Positions 52,901 to 64,000 of a stretch of DNA of 64,000 bases are shown here, piece after piece. The position numbers were made by a program, and so were the translations under genes. The notes below the pieces were generated by a model. It saw only the letters and a program-made list of their open reading frames with translations, made no database searches and had not been told where the DNA came from. The DNA is from Mobula hypostoma (Eukaryota). Each line of letters begins with the position of its first letter. Positions within the stretch are counted from its first letter, which is position 1. The stretch spans positions 157,730,001 through 157,794,000 of the forward strand of contig NC_086097.1 of assembly GCF_963921235.1 (NCBI RefSeq), written 5' to 3'.

Positions 52901-53702
52901 GTCTGACTGTATGCTATCTTTGCTTTTTTACCATCTGTCCTATCCTGAGTCCCTACATTCTGGTTCCCACCACACCACCCCACCCCCTGCCAAATTAGTT
53001 TAACCCCTCCCCAACAGCTCTAATTAACCTGCCTGTGAGAATATTGGTCCCCCTCAGGTTCAGGCGCAATCCATCTCTTTTGAACAGCTCATACCTCTCC
53101 CAGAAGAGATCCCAATGATCCAAGAACCTGAAGCCCTGCCCCCTGCGTCAGCTTCTCAGCCATGCATTTATCTGCCAAATCATCCTGTTTCTACTCTGAC
53201 AAGCACGTGGCACAGGTTGCAATACAGGAATTAGTATCCTGGAGGTTCTCAGCTTTCTGCCTCGCTCTTTAAATTCTCTCTTCAGAACCTCATTGTTTTC
53301 CTTCCTATGTCATTGGTATCAATATGTATAAGATATCTGGCTGCTCTTCTTCCCTCTATAAAATGCTGTGAACACAATCCAAGATCCTTAGCAGTGTCTT
53401 CAAGGAGCTGCAGCTTCATGCAGATGTCGATGTAGTTCTCTGGGAAACACTGGCATGAAGAACACACAATGGCTATTTACTACACTAAGTCAAAAAATGA
53501 GAGAAAAAGGGAAACTTAACAGAAAGTTATCCAGGGCCAACATCTCCTTCGAGTTGAAGCCCCCTTTGAGCCAAAGCCTGACAGTCCGACTCTTACTACT
53601 AGCCTACTCCCAACAATGGCTGCCCTGCTTGTCCCTTCTGTTCTTTTGTTAATTCACCGTGCTCTGCTCCTGCTGCTGATTGGGCCTCCAGAATTAATGC
53701 AT
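49935..53702 (-). mobile_element. Near full-length decayed CR1 LINE
   Basis: 3' tail at about 49935; VKYADDTK; PEDWKIANVTPLFKKG..NYRPVSLTS..QHGF..VYLDFQKALDKV; LGASDHNMI; IHIDTNDIG (ORF1 esterase). Confidence 0.95.
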
Positions 53703-53716
53703 AAAAATGGCAGCGA

Positions 53717-54798
53717 AGTAGTTCTTTGCAATATAATGAAAGAACGAATACTGTTCAGTTTTGAAATGCTTAAAGAGAAACACTTATTGGAAAAACAAGA
53801 CTTTTATCGGTATCTACAGATGTGACAGTATGTTAATAGGAGGGTTAAAAATGTAACCAAGGCAAGTACATACTTGATAGAGCTATTTAGAAAAGCATAT
53901 AATTCAGATAACGGTAGTAGAATCATTTCAAGCGTGTATAAGGGTTTGTCAAATCTTAAAACACATTGGACTTCGTACATTCAAACAAAATGGGAGAAGG
54001 AAGGAAAGATAATTATATCTGAGGAAGAATGGACAATAATATGGAGGTATCAATGGAAGTGTATCAGTTCACAGAAATGGAGGGAGTTTGGATGGAAAAA
54101 CTTGATAAGATATTTTATTACACCCTCTCAGAAATCCCATTATGATAGTAACTTCCCTGTTTGCTGGAGAAATTGTGGAAATCAAAATGCAAACCATTAT
54201 CATATTTTCTGGGATTGCCCCATTATCAAAGACTATTGGAGTAGGATACACAATACCCTACAAGACATTTTTAAATGTGAAATACCCTTAGAAAGTAAGA
54301 CCATATATTTTGGGTATGTACCTCAAGAATGGTTGAAAAGAGATAAATATTTAATGAATATACTACTGGTGGCTGGTAAAAACACTCTTACCAGGAAATG
54401 ATTATCACAGGAGAGCACAACTTTAAACGCATGGATGGAAATTACAATGGACATTTACAAAATGGAGAAGACAACAGCATCTGTTAATCATAAGTTGGAA
54501 CAATTTGATTCATACTGGGAAAAGTCGTTCAACTACATAATACCTCATAGGCCTGATTCTATTCTCACAAATCAACGAACATATTGTAAAAAAAAGATCA
54601 CTCCCTACTTGTACATAGTTTTCTCCTTTTGTTTGTTCTTTCTTTTCCTCTTTTTTCTATAGGTGTATACCTCAGATAAACATTATGTGGAGATTTGTGG
54701 CAAATATGATTATATGATATATATGTACAATATATGAAATACATCTTATGGAAATGCTTGTTTGATTATGAACTTCAATAAAAAAATAAATTACAAAG
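53717..54798 (+). mobile_element. 5'-truncated L1-clade LINE (ORF2 C-terminal zinc-binding region and 3'UTR)
   Basis: ORF 53874..54401 contains CWRNCGNQNANHYHIFWDC..YW; AATAAA and A-rich end; TSD AAAAATGGCAG(C/T)GA at 53703-53716 and 54799-54812. Confidence 0.9.
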
Positions 54799-55864
54799 AA
54801 AAATGGCAGTGAGCTAGGAGGTCCACCCTGACTTTACTGAATGATGGAGAGCACATAAAGGACCAAATAGCCCATACTCCTAATACACACCTTCAATTTA
54901 TGTATGTTCACACAGCAACTCTTAGCTTATGCAACACTTGCAATTTTGCCTCCTTGCTTCCCACAGAACCCAAAATATTTTTCCAAGTGAACAACATTGT
55001 ACCTGTGGAGACACAAGAGACTGGAATCCAGAGCAACACAGAGGAACTCAGCAGATCACCAGGCAACCATGGAGGGAAAAGGACAGTTGACATTTCAGGT
55101 TGCAAGCTGTCATCTGGACTTGTACTTGATGCTGTACTTGCACTTCATTCAGTCTAGCATCTTATTGTCTCTGCTTATCTTATGATGCGGTTTCCCCTAC
55201 TCTGTGAGGGTCAACTGCAGATTGGGTGAGGGCTTTGTGGAATACTTACATTCACTTCACAAGAGTAACCCTGAGGTACCAGTCATCCATTATTTTAATT
55301 GTGTGTTCCATTCCTATTTTGATCATTCTGTCCTTGATCGCTTACAATTCCAAAGAGTCTTAGTCTGAATTCTAGGCACAACACCTATCTTATGATTAAG
55401 TAAATTGCTGCCTTCTGAAGTCAACAATGAATTCAACAGCTTCAATTATTTCTGGATCCCTTTTCCTTTCATAATTCCACATTTTCCAGTTTACACTTCA
55501 ACTAAAGTAACATAAAACTAAACTCTCAAGAAGGATCATTACCTCAAAATGTTAATTTGATTTTCTCTCCATTTTGTTTCTTGGTCTGCTGATTATTTGC
55601 AGGACTTTCTGTCTGTGCCAATGTGTGACTTTAAATGTAACTCCCATTTGTTCAAATAAAGTGTTGATTTTTTACAACCTGAAACAAGTGATAGATTGTG
55701 AAATGAGAAGCAGATATTGTCTGACCTGACGAGCATGTGCAGTATTTTCTATTTGTTTTCAGATATTCAGCATCCACATTTTTTATTCTAAATCAATTTT
55801 TATCAATTTATTTGTCTCTTTTATTCCCCCTTTTGCCATGCACTTCCATCTTTATATAAATAAT

Positions 55865-56250
55865 GGTAAGACATTGGAGCAGAATTAGGCCATTTGGCCC
55901 ATCAAGTCTGCTCTGCATTCCATCATGGCTGATTTATTATCCCTCTCAATCCCATTCTCCTGCCTCCTTCCTGCAACCATTGATGTCCTGAATAATCAAG
56001 AACACATCAACCTCTGCTTTAAATATACCCAATGACTTGGCCTCCACAACCATCTATGACAATAAATTCCACAGATTCACTATCTGACTAAAGAAATTCC
56101 TCTTCATCTCTATTCAAAATGGATGTCCATCTATTCTGAGGCTCTCTACTCTGTTTCTAGACTCCTCCACTACAGAAAACATTCTCTCCACATCCACTCT
56201 ATCAAAGCCTTTCAATATTCAATAGGTTTCAGTGAGATCTACCCTCATTT
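55865..56250 (-). mobile_element. CR1 3' fragment
   Basis: Closely parallels 49950-50335. Confidence 0.88.
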
Positions 56251-56289
56251 TTTTTGGTTACCTCATCTCATAATCTCTCCTGTCCATTC

Positions 56290-56712
56290 TATGTCAGCAC
56301 CGACAACACTCAAGAAATGTAACTCTATCTTGGGCAAAGACAATCCACTTGATTATACCATACCACCCACATCATCTTCTACTACTCCCCACAAATGCCA
56401 TTCATTTGTTCCTACCATCAGGCAGCTAGGACACAAGCCTGATGACCCACACCACTAGGATGAAGAACAGCTATTTCCCTTGAACCATTTCATTCTTGAA
56501 CCAATCAGTACAATCCTAATCACTACAGTTTAGAAACAGTAAGACCACTTTGTATTAAAAATAGGTTTTTTTTATTGTTTTGTTGTAATAAAATGTGTAT
56601 AATTAATGCTTTTATTGTGAATGCTGCTTATATGTGATGCTGCAGCAGTAAGTTGTTTGTTGTATCGATGAATGTATGTATTTGTGCATATCATAATAAA
56701 CTTGACTTTGGT
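56290..56712 (+). mobile_element. Decayed Rex1/Babar 3' end
   Basis: ctaccatcaggc..cacaccactaggatgaagaacagctatttccc; tail caataataaacttgactttg-like. Confidence 0.7.
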
Positions 56713-56998
56713 TTTCACTGTCACAGCCTCTGGCTACAGTGTGTAATATCTACCAGCTGCACTATGGTTACCCACTGAGGCTGCTAAGACAACTGTTTCC
56801 AAGCACACGACACCTATCACCAACGAGGACACCGCCTTGACTGAAGAAAATTTCATAGCTACCTAATCATCAAAATCTTGGGCCTCCTTACCATAAATCA
56901 CCTAACAGATGTCAGATTCAATTCACAAGGGCAGTTATAGCAGGTTTACTAATGTTGGTTCATCTGCAATGCCTGCATCCCTGATTGGATATTATGTC

Positions 56999-57360
56999 TG
57001 TAACCCTCTCACCGGCACTTGTACACCAAATTGGCTTGTTAGCTAACTCTGCTGACAGCCACACAACTCAGCAGTGAAAAGGCCATCTTTCATAAGCAAT
57101 ATGCATCCAGGGTCGGTATGATTTGGGGGTTCAACCAAACAGGAATGTCAGGATGATCCGATTGAAGGAACCTCAATTTAAGTGAAGTACTGCCCATCCA
57201 CAGTTATCGATAGCTCAGAAATGATGGATCACACACCAGAATAAAATTATAAAGGCAGTATATTTACCAAATTTACAGTTACAGAAAAAAAAGAAAAATA
57301 GAAGGGCCCATTACAGTTAAACCAGTCCATTGTGCACATAAACATCGGCACTCATTTCTA
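56999..57360 (-). mobile_element. Possible partial LTR
   Basis: Begins TGTAAC, with LTR-like composition; no second terminus or TSD seen. Confidence 0.3.
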
Positions 57361-58549
57361 CTAAAATAAAGTATCTCACAGCATATCAGTAAAATCTTAA
57401 TCAGGGCATGACACGTCCATTCCATAATGGTGTGCAATTTTAATTACCAGAGTACCTGATCCTACCAAAGGCATTGTCCCTTTAGTTGGAATGCTGATAG
57501 CTGGGAAGTTCATTGTATCCCTGAAGCTCCTGGCATTATTGAAGATGCAATTTATAAATATTGCTGAAGCTTTGATGCAGGCTTCCTTCAATGTCCATTT
57601 TCGTTAAGGAATTGAAAATTATTGAAGATGAAAAATACAATTATCAATGTGGTATTAATGAAATTGTAAATGTAGAAGATGAACTTTACCATAATGTTTA
57701 TTTTGATTATTCTAAAGGAATAACCCAGATGGAAAACTTAATTGAACTAAATAGGACTTAGTATTTACATTATATCAGAAAAGGCACAGCATTTGCGAAT
57801 CACATCCATAGTCATTCAACCATTGTGCCTAAGGAGATAAGCTCATAATAATGCTCATAATAATGTAAATCTGTCCTCTGCAAAACATTGCAGTTGAATA
57901 CATTCAAATTTCAGAGGCAAGTACTGCAGAACAACTCATAATAGATACATTTTACAAATAATTAACACTAAAAACAAAGAGCAGGCCAGTTGCTGAAATA
58001 ATCCTTCCACTGAAAATATTTTTGACTTGGTGACAACAATAATTTTTCCTGAAAATATCATCACGAACCAGTAACATAAGCTAGCCCTGTAGCATTTAAG
58101 ATTGTATATCACATAATTAACATCTGAATGCAACATAATGCTTGCTTGTAGAAGGTGATGCACTGAATCGTTTGTCTAGCTCCTGTCTGGAATGCAAAGA
58201 ATCAATAAGTTAAACATGCAGTGCTGAAGGTCTGAACTGAACAGAGACAAAGTCGAGATGAGACTAAATATCATAAACATGTACCTCTGTTAAAGAAGAT
58301 AAACAAAACAATTAGGATATATGTTCTTTTATTGTTTGCTTGTTGGAATTCACATGCTTTCAAAAAAAAGCCAATCAACCATATTTTATGTTGACTGTTC
58401 TGTTTGTTAGTTTCTTGTATGAATGAGACTTAGCAAACAGAGGAGAGGGTTATGGTTTGTAGTAATCTGCTCAGAGGAGAACGGAAGAGAAAATTGATGC
58501 CAGTGAAGAGGAATTGGAACATGAAAATAGATGCCAAATAAGAGGAAAT

Positions 58550-58745
58550 TCAGAGAGTCATAGAATAATACAGCAAGGAATCAGGACCTATGGCCCAATG
58601 GTTCCATGCTGAGCACAACATCATCCCTGCTTTTCCCAGATGCCCGGAAATCTCCAAGCACTTCCCTCCATATACCTATCCAAATGCCTCTTAAGTATTG
58701 TAATTCTACCAAAACCAACCACTTCATCTGGCAGTTCATTCCAGC
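58550..58745 (-). mobile_element. CR1 3' end
   Basis: WNELPDEVV..LKRHLDRYME; tail agagtcatagaa. Confidence 0.8.
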
Positions 58746-60210
58746 TACAAAGTGATGGTCTTCCATTGTGTCCGATGATGACAGTCGTCCTTGTGCAGCT
58801 CATTTGTCATGGGCCTGAAGGTGGCTGTGGAGTCCAAGGCTAGAGCAGCAAACTCGTTTGCAGTGAAGGCAGGAGAGCTGTCCTGAGTGAGCCAGAGGAA
58901 TTGCCACTGCAGCTTTCCATTGTTCTCAGGCAGCCAAAAGGACTGAACAATATCTCTCCTCAACGTTGTCATGGGCGAGTCTTCCCAAGGCACACTATCC
59001 AGTTCAGTCTCATGTGACTGTTCCAGCTGCTTTGGAGTAAGTCTAGCTTATGTGATGTTAGGTTTCACACAATCTTGGAACCTCTTCTAGTGTTTCTTTT
59101 GCCCAGAGACAGCTTGCTATAGAGGAGCTGTTTGGGGATTCAGGCATCCTCCAAGCACATGACATATCCTGTCTACTGAACCTAGGCATTCAGGACCATA
59201 GCCCTGGTGCTCATGGTCTTCACTCTGTCGAGAACTTCTAGGTTTGTGACTCAGTCCTGCCAGTGGATGCCTAGGATCGACCTTAGGTTACGGATGTGGA
59301 AGCACTCTAGCTTTCTGAGATGAATTATGTAAACAATCCATTTCACAGTCACAAGCGAGACTGCTATTGACAACAGTGGCATACACCTTGAGCTTTCTGG
59401 ATAGTCGAATGTTGTGCTGGTTCAAGATGCGTGAACACAGGCTGCTAAGATTCTGGTTTGCTTTGCAAATGCTGGCGTCGATTTCCTTGTCCAGGAAATG
59501 ATGCTGCCAAGGTAACTGAGCTCATCAACCGTATTCAATTTTATTCCCTTGATGGTGATGGAAGGAGGGCAACAGCAGATCCAGGAACAGAGTGAAATAG
59601 GATTCCATCTTTACCAGGCTGACGATGAGGCCAAAGAGACAAGAGGCTTCGACAGCAGCTGTTGATCAGTCTCTATGTGGGCTACCAAGGCACAATCATC
59701 AGCATAAAGCACTCCAGGAATGTGCTTCTCAAATATCTCTGAATTGGCATCCAGAAGACGAAGGTGAAAGTGTGATCCATCAAGCCTGCATTTCAGATAC
59801 ACTCCCTCTTCTGATGGCATGGGTCAGCATACGTGGAAAATTGGTTGAAAAGCACAGGGGCCAACACACACGTGTTTCACACCGTCTGAAATGCTGAATG
59901 GCTCTGAACACTGACTGTTTGACAAGATGAGGCCTGTCATATTGGCATGAACAAGGCAAATGACGTTGACAAACCTGCAGGGGCATCTCAGTTTCGACAA
60001 TACCGTCTGCAGCACTTCTCTGCTGACCGTGTTGAAAACTTTAGTTAGATCTATTAAAACCACATAAAAGTTTAAATCTTGTTCTATACACTTATTCTGG
60101 ACCTGATGAACAGCGTAAGCCATGTTGATAGTGCTGTGTGTGACAGAGCAGGTCTGCCACAAGTATATATACTCTTGCAGATATGGATACAGCCCGGCTC
60201 CTGACACCAG

Positions 60211-60580
60211 GAACACCGTTCTCAAGGGAAGGGCAATGGCTTCCATTGCCCTGGGCCAATCCAAAGGGAATTGGATTCAAATCCGTGAATACGGAGTAGT
60301 GGAGACGGGTGCCTTGCAGCGTCCAGTGTAGTAATGTAAACAATCCTGGAGAAGCTGGAGGAAGCTCCAGCATGAGTTCTTTTTTCTTTGTGAAGGGCAG
60401 GGCGCCTAGACTAGGTTTGTCCTGAGAGAGGGACCCGTGCACGGGAAAGCGTCACAGTTCCGGTGGCATCTGGTGAATTCTCTCAGACCCTTGAAAATCC
60501 AGGGGAGATGGTGTAAGTCTCTCGCTGGACTGTACCCATATACACAGCAGATCTCCAAGGTGAACAGTTACTGGCATGTG
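60211..60580 (+). pseudogene. 28S (LSU) rRNA internal fragment, copy 1 (diverged)
   Basis: Collinear with vertebrate 28S as recalled: ..TTTTCTTTGTGAAGGGCAGGGCGCC..CCCTTGAAAATCC..GTACCCATAT..AGCAGaTCTCCAAGGTGAACAG..CTGGCATGT. Confidence 0.9.
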
Positions 60581-60924
60581 GAGAAGGATTCCACGTGAAC
60601 AGCAGTTGGACATGGATCAGTCGGTCCTAAAGGATGGGCAAACACCATTCCACAGGGATGTGCGATGGTCTCTGCTGTCCTGAGCCGATCAAAAGGAAAT
60701 CGAGTTCAGATCTCTGAATCTGGAGTGGCAGAGACGGGTGTCTTGCAGCATCCAGAGCGGTAATGTAAGCAATCCCAGAGAAACCAGACTTCTCTTTCGT
60801 TTCTGAAGGGCACCGCACCCTGCAATGGTTTTGTCCCAAAGAGGGATCCGTGCACTGGGAAGTCTTGCGGTTCTGGCAGCATCCAGTGCATTTGCACTGG
60901 GCCTTGAAAATCCTGGGGAGATGG
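60578..60924 (+). pseudogene. 28S (LSU) rRNA internal fragment, copy 2 (diverged)
   Basis: GTGGAGAAGGaTTCCAcGTGAACAGCAGTTGgACATGGaTCAGTCGGTCCT... to GCCTTGAAAATCCtGGGGAGA; period about 429 bp relative to copy 1. Confidence 0.9.
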
Positions 60925-60940
60925 CATCTTAGTAACAGGT

Positions 60941-62382
60941 CACAAACAGAAGAAAATCCTCAGATGCTGGAAATTCAAAGCAACACCCTCAAAATGCTGA
61001 AGGAGCTCAGCAGGCCAGGCAGCATTTATGGAAAAAAGTAAAACAGTTGACATTTTGGAACGACACCCTTCATCAGGATTGGACAGGAAGGAGAGAATTC
61101 AGAGTAAGAAGGGAAAAGGAGAAAGTACTACAAGGTGACAGATGATAGGTGAAACCGGGTAAGAGGAAGGGTGAGAAGTAAAGAGCTGGGAAGATATTTG
61201 GTGAAAGAGATAAAAAGCTGGAGAAGGGGGAGTCTGATAGGAGGGAAGTGAAAACCATGGAAGAAGAAGAAGTGGGAGGAGCACCAGAGGGAGGCGATGG
61301 GGAGGTAAGGAGGTAGGTGAGAGAGGGAAACAGGAATGGGGATTGGTGAAAGGGGGTGGGGCATTTAACAGAAGTCAAAAATTGATGTTCATGCCATCAG
61401 GTTGGAGACTACCCAGACGTAATATGAGGTGTTGCTCCTCTAGCCTGAGTGTAGCCTCATCACAGAGGTAGAGCAGGCCTTGGACTGATGTGTCAGACTG
61501 GGAATGGGAAGTGGAATTGAAATGGGTGGCTACAGGGAGATCTCACTTTCCCTACCTCCCCCACCCCACTTTCCGCAGGGATCACTTCCCAAGTGTCTCC
61601 CTTGTCCACTTGTCCCTCCCCAATGATTTCTCTCCTGGTACTTACCCTTACAAGTGGAACAAGTGCCACACCTACCCCTGCACCACCTTCCTCCCTCCCT
61701 TACTACCATCCAGGGCCCTAAACAGTCCTTCCAAGTGACGTGACACTTCACATTTGAGTCTGTTGTGGTCATCTACTATATTCAGTGTTTCTGGTGTGGC
61801 CTCCTGCAAATTGGTGAAAACCAACATAGATTGGGAGACCACTTCACAGAGCACCTACCCTCTGTCCGACAAGTAAGTCTATGGCCTCCTCCACTGTCGT
61901 GTTGAGGCCACACTCTGGTTGGAGGAAGAACACCTTATAATCCACTGGATAGCCTTCAACCTGATGGCATAAACACAGATTTCCTGAACTTCCGGTAACC
62001 GCCCCACCTTCTCCTTCACCATTCCCCATTCCTGTTTCCCTCTCTCACCTAATCTCCTTACCTGCCAATCACCTCCCTCTGGTGCTCCACCCCCTTCACT
62101 TTATTCCATGCTCTTCAATACTTTCCTATCAGATTTCCCGAATCCTCTTGATCTCTTTCACCAATCGACTTCCCAGCTCTTTACTTCACCCGTCCCCCTC
62201 CCAATTTCATCTATCACCTGCCACCTTGTCCTCCTTTCTCCCCTCCCCCCACCTTCTAACCCTGCCATCTCCCCTTCTTTTCCAGTCCTGAAGAAGACTC
62301 TTGGCCCGAAACGTTGACAGTTTACTCTTTTCTTTAGATGCTGCCTGGCCTGCTGAGTTCCTCCATCATTTTGCGTGTGTTG
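60941..62382 (+). mobile_element. 5'-truncated Penelope-like element with an inverted terminal repeat
   Basis: Plus strand 61545-62000 encodes a decayed GIY-YIG region (FRRDH..PGTYP..TIQGPKQSFQV..VIYYIQC..CGLLQIGE..EHL). 60941-61540 is an inverted copy of the 3' part. Imperfect TSD tcttagtaacaggt (60927-60940) / tcttagtagaggt (62383-62395). Confidence 0.9.
62283..62320 (+). ncRNA. Minimal type I hammerhead ribozyme motif (decayed) in the Penelope terminus
   Basis: CAGTC-CTGAAGA-AGACTCTTGGCCC-GAAA-CGTT-GACAG: CUGANGA and GAAA cores intact, stem II weakened. Confidence 0.6.
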
Positions 62383-63339
62383 TCTTAGTAGAGGTGCCTG
62401 TTGTGGCACATGTTCTGTGCTGGCTGAATGGAAGTGTTCAGTTTGGGGGACGGGGCAAGTGCTGGCTCCTGGAAAATGGTTAATTCTTGATTGATTTTGT
62501 TGTGCAATGTCATTTTAACCTTATTATGATTAATGTATTTGTGGACATTTGTGGATGTGAAGAAGCATGTGAATTTATATGTTTCTTTCTTGTGTAGTTG
62601 CTCAGGTTCATGGTAACAACTCCCCCACATTCCAAAGAATGGACTATTCCTTTCTCCTAGAGTATGGAGATCATTACTTAAAGGTTGGGTTTGGAGGTGA
62701 GGGAGGTGCAAGGGAGTTGAGTGTTGAAGAATGGACAGATGAATGAAAGGACAGAAGGAGGAAGAGAGGGAGGGGTGAGAGAATATATACTTGTAGCAGA
62801 CCTGCTTTTTCACAGTGACCCCAGCGAAAACTGCTCTGTCTCTCAGGGATGTTCTCTTCTGCTATGCTGGTGATTAAGTGCTTCAGAATTATAAAGGCCA
62901 GAAACTTCCCCGCAGTGGACAAGAGGGGGATGCCTTGGTAGTTAGTCAGCTTTGCTTCTCTTGTTTTTGAAGAGAAGGATGATCGTGCCATCCTTGAAGT
63001 CTTTAGGCAAGTCTTCTTTCTCCCAGATTACAACACGACCTTCTGACTTGAAGATCATAGTGGGGATTCCATCCTGCCCGGGAAATTTTTCCGAGCTTCT
63101 TTGGGCTTTCTTAACCTCATCCAACAGAGGAGGAAGTTCAAGGATGTCAACAAAACGTTTCTGCGGGATCAGGTGAAGTGCAGCCTGGTCTACAGCAGAG
63201 CGCCTGTTCAGCAGGTTACTGAAGTGTTCCCTCCACCTAGCATTGATACTGCCCTCCTCCCTCACCAATCTGTGCCGTCTGATGACAGGAGAGACATGGT
63301 ACTCTGTGTACGCTTGGTGTATTGCGTAATAGCACTAAA

Positions 63340-63465
63340 GAGTGGATAATTAGTTATTGTAAATTCTCCCAAGATTAAGCTAGGGTTAATTGGGTTTGTC
63401 AGGGGTTGCTGGGGCAGCATGGTTCAAAAGGCTGGAAGGGCCTACACTGCACTGAACTGATGAAT
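63340..63465 (+). mobile_element. SINE 3' fragment (HE1/V-SINE-like) inserted in the RTE
   Basis: taattagttattgtaaatt..ctagggttaa..ggctggaagggcctacactgcactg, a CR1-like tail. Confidence 0.6.
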
Positions 63466-64000
63466 AAATTAAACAATTTAAAGTTCTTGGTGTTGGTGTA
63501 ACACTGGACCTCTTCTGCATTCTCATCCTCCATTCTATGTAGGGCGGCCTCTGCCTGGTTCTGGAGGTGTTTAAAGCGACCAATTTTTAAATTGGAGGAT
63601 ATGTCAGACTTCCACACAATACAGGCTGCCAGCATCTTGGTAACATTCTCATTATTTTCAATGAACCAGTCTTGGTGATGCCTCTTTTTCGATCGGAGAA
63701 CCAATATTGCCGATTCCATCTCCACAGTTTGAAACAAGTCCCACTTTTGTGTTGTGTTTCCAATGAAGGGCCCATGGGACATCAGCTTGTCATCAAGACT
63801 GGCTGTGAATTGCTCATGGTGTTTAATTTGCTTCAGCTTCCCGATGTTAAAAGATTGTCTAATGACTTTTGGTTTCTTGCGATGCAATGGAGGAATGCAT
63901 AGTATGAGAATAGATCTATCCAGTCAATGATCACTCCAGCACTCAGCACTACGTATAGTCCTCGTGATCTTTAAATCATGAATGTTCTGCCGTGACTGAA

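Larger units (their letters stand above)
60139..62814. mobile_element. Non-autonomous TIR element (36-bp TIRs, 3-bp TSD) carrying 28S rDNA fragments
   Basis: Left TIR TGTGACAGAGCAGGTCTGCCACAAGTATATATACTC (60139-60174) matches the reverse complement of 62779-62814, TGTGAAAAAGCAGGTCTGCTACAAGTATATATTCTC, at 32/36. GTG flanks both ends. Confidence 0.85.
58752..64000 (-). mobile_element. Decayed RTE-clade LINE, split by the 60139-62814 insertion and running off the window
   Basis: ECWSDH (APE, about 63920-63950); WREHFSNLLNR..PGQDGIP; NYQGIPLLSTAGK; LIDLTKVFNTVSRE; GVKHVCV; LYADDCAL; C-terminal LGLHSHL motif near 58810-58860. Confidence 0.92.

Noticed and set aside
60211..60924. Functional 28S rRNA gene
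   Set aside because: Only two short, overlapping, heavily substituted internal fragments; no 18S, 5.8S or ITS context.

Overview
Repeat-rich, AT-rich vertebrate genomic DNA, intronic or intergenic. The repeat repertoire (CR1/HER1-type LINEs, Rex1/Babar, Penelope elements and their palindromic derivatives, HE1/V-SINE-like tail) points to a cartilaginous fish, probably a ray; this is inference. No host protein-coding exon or intact gene could be recognised. The ORF-track entries I could assign are degraded transposon pieces, their antisense shadows or low-complexity sequence. The window holds several CR1 copies (two near full length), Rex1/Babar fragments, a truncated DD34E Tc1, a 5'-truncated L1 with a 14-bp TSD, three to five solo LTRs, SINEs, Penelope remnants with hammerhead-ribozyme motifs, and an RTE. 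The most unusual structure is 60139-62814: an element with 36-bp terminal inverted repeats and a 3-bp TSD, carrying two head-to-tail copies of an internal 28S rRNA segment. It sits inside the RTE and was itself hit by a Penelope. A 41-bp-stem hairpin lies in otherwise unique sequence at 34034-34119. Family assignments come from remembered motifs, not database searches, and many boundaries are approximate.
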